The translations under genes were made by a program, and so were the position numbers. This document shows positions 62,495 through 64,000 of a stretch of DNA of 64,000 nucleotides, piece after piece. Positions within the stretch are counted from its first letter, which is position 1; every line of letters begins with the position of its first letter. The notes below the pieces were generated by a model. The model had not been told where the DNA came from, ran no database searches, and worked only from the letters and a program-made list of their open reading frames with translations. Source of the stretch: Gonapodya sp. JEL0774 (Eukaryota); the NCBI GenBank assembly GCA_027604505.1, contig JADIIX010000061.1, positions 62,001 through 126,000 of the forward strand, given 5' to 3'.

Positions 62495-64000
62495 TTATCG
62501 TGTCTTGCCCAGCGCATGACTCGGAAGGAACCATCGCCTGGCAGTTGTCACCGTCACGTCGTTCCCGAAAGCACTCTCAAAAGATTGCAGATCTACGTCA
62601 GTGGTGTCATGTGTATTTGAAGATCTAGGAACCCGCGGTCGATGGACACTCAAGGGTCTACTTGTGGTGTCAAGGGGCAAGTCTAACGCTTCCATGAAAG
62701 GATATGCTAAACCACTAGCTCGAGGCAGGGAATGCTGAAGAACGCTCAGGTGGAGAGATACTAGTGTCGCATGAGGTCGTGAGAATCTGGTATCGATGGT
62801 CGACGGGAACCGCTCTAACCGCACGTTCAAATACGCATTCCATGGGCTGATGATGCTTGCAGGAGAAATGTCAATACGTTTGCTCACCCAATGGATAATC
62901 GGTGACTTCCCGTCTTTCGTGGCAATTGCTCCTGTGAGTGGTATAACGTTCTTTGTTGGTCAGAGGTGGTTCTAGGGCCTCGTCTTCCACCAATATTGCT
63001 GTTTTGGGATACTTCATGGCAGCTGTGACTCGCTTCCTCCTAATGCGTGCTTCCTCATCTGCTAGAGCTCTTTTCTCTGCTGATTTGCGAGCGGCGAACT
63101 CTCTCATTTTCGCCAAAGCCAATGCCGCGTCCTCGCGCTCTGTTTGTTGGCGATCCCTTTCGTGCAGTATTCTTTGACGTGCCTGGTCAGCTGCAGCAAT
63201 CCTGTGAGTGACGGAGGTTTTGCCGGAGAGAATCAGTGGATGCCAATAACTATTGATACGTTTGACTCACTTCCGTAGACCACCAGAAACGTATGCGTTG
63301 ATCGCGGCAATAAAATCGCCAGATGTTGGTGATTCAATGATTGCATTTGGATCGGCTTCAATTAACCGTTGACTGTTCGACAGGTTTGGAGAGCCAAAAG
63401 GATCTCCTCCTTCAAGATCAACAGGGGGAAGCTTCGAAGCACCAACAAGTCTTGGCTTCGGATCTAGCACCTCCCTTGAGCCTGGCAGCTGACTGGAGGT
63501 ACGTCTAACCTTTTTGGATTGAATAGCATCTTGGACAACCTTTGCAAGCCGCTGGCCACCTGAAAACTTCATCGCCACCTTCCAACGACTCGATGCGGTT
63601 TTACGTGATTGATTTTGCTGCTTGGTTGTGACAGGATCCGAAATTTCATCCTCCACTAACCCTAGAGGAGCAATCGGTGCTGGTTCAAAGGGTGATAGTA
63701 ATTCGTCAAGCAAAGAGTCAGACGAGTGAAAAGGGTTCTCCAAGTCCGCATGCTCGGCTCCTTGCCAAACTTGTGTCGCAAGAGTATCAGGTTTTATAGA
63801 TGAGTTTACCCGGATGTTGGAGATGCGACGACCTGTCTTTCCTGTCAATTGCCCATTAGGTGTCGCAAGAGCTTCAAGTTGTCGCTCGATGACTGCTTTG
63901 TATTTGGTTGGACTTTCTGCGTCCATCCTCGCCAATTGTTCAGTCAGCAAATCCGTCAAAAGGTCCCTCAATCGTGTTTTGAGCCAGGCAAGCAACGCTT
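62495..64000 (-). CDS. Hypothetical coiled-coil protein, 5' end outside window
   Basis: Open exon 63271-64000 with a GTGAGT donor, followed by an E/R/A/K-rich helical exon (~62940-63200) and a last exon around 62495-62860. Boundaries approximate. Confidence 0.55.

Noticed and set aside
1..64000. CRISPR arrays, rRNA, tRNA, and transposase or reverse-transcriptase genes
   Set aside because: I saw no regularly spaced repeats, cloverleaf-compatible segments, terminal repeats or DDE/RT motifs by eye. tRNAscan, Rfam and repeat searches were not run.

Overview
Gene-dense eukaryotic DNA with short GT-AG spliceosomal introns, so most ORF-track entries are exon fragments or antisense noise. Gene content and intron style fit a fungus, probably an early-diverging lineage; this is inference and the taxon cannot be confirmed from the window. 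About 21 protein-coding loci can be reconstructed by hand: a secreted Ser/Thr-rich protein (partial), a type-1 microbial rhodopsin, an AIF/AMID-like oxidoreductase, a siderophore-type MFS transporter, a class-3 lipase, an NSS/SLC6 symporter, an ankyrin-SH3 protein, an NmrA-like protein, a large low-complexity protein, an OPT transporter, a frameshifted formin, a bacterial-like LiaF/DUF2154-type protein, an F-box protein, a U-box-vWA-Vwaint-Hint protein, a weak hypothetical gene, a Pkc1-like protein with no kinase domain, a TPR-like protein, a carotenoid oxygenase, a ZZ/EF-hand protein, a TM-SH3 receptor-like protein and a partial coiled-coil protein. The most notable observations are the kinase-less Pkc1 paralogue, the Hint autoprocessing protein whose catalytic Cys codon is split by an intron, and a stand-alone rhodopsin with the full bacteriorhodopsin proton-pump residue set in the same window as a carotenoid cleavage enzyme. 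I recognised no rRNA, tRNA, CRISPR array or intact transposon.
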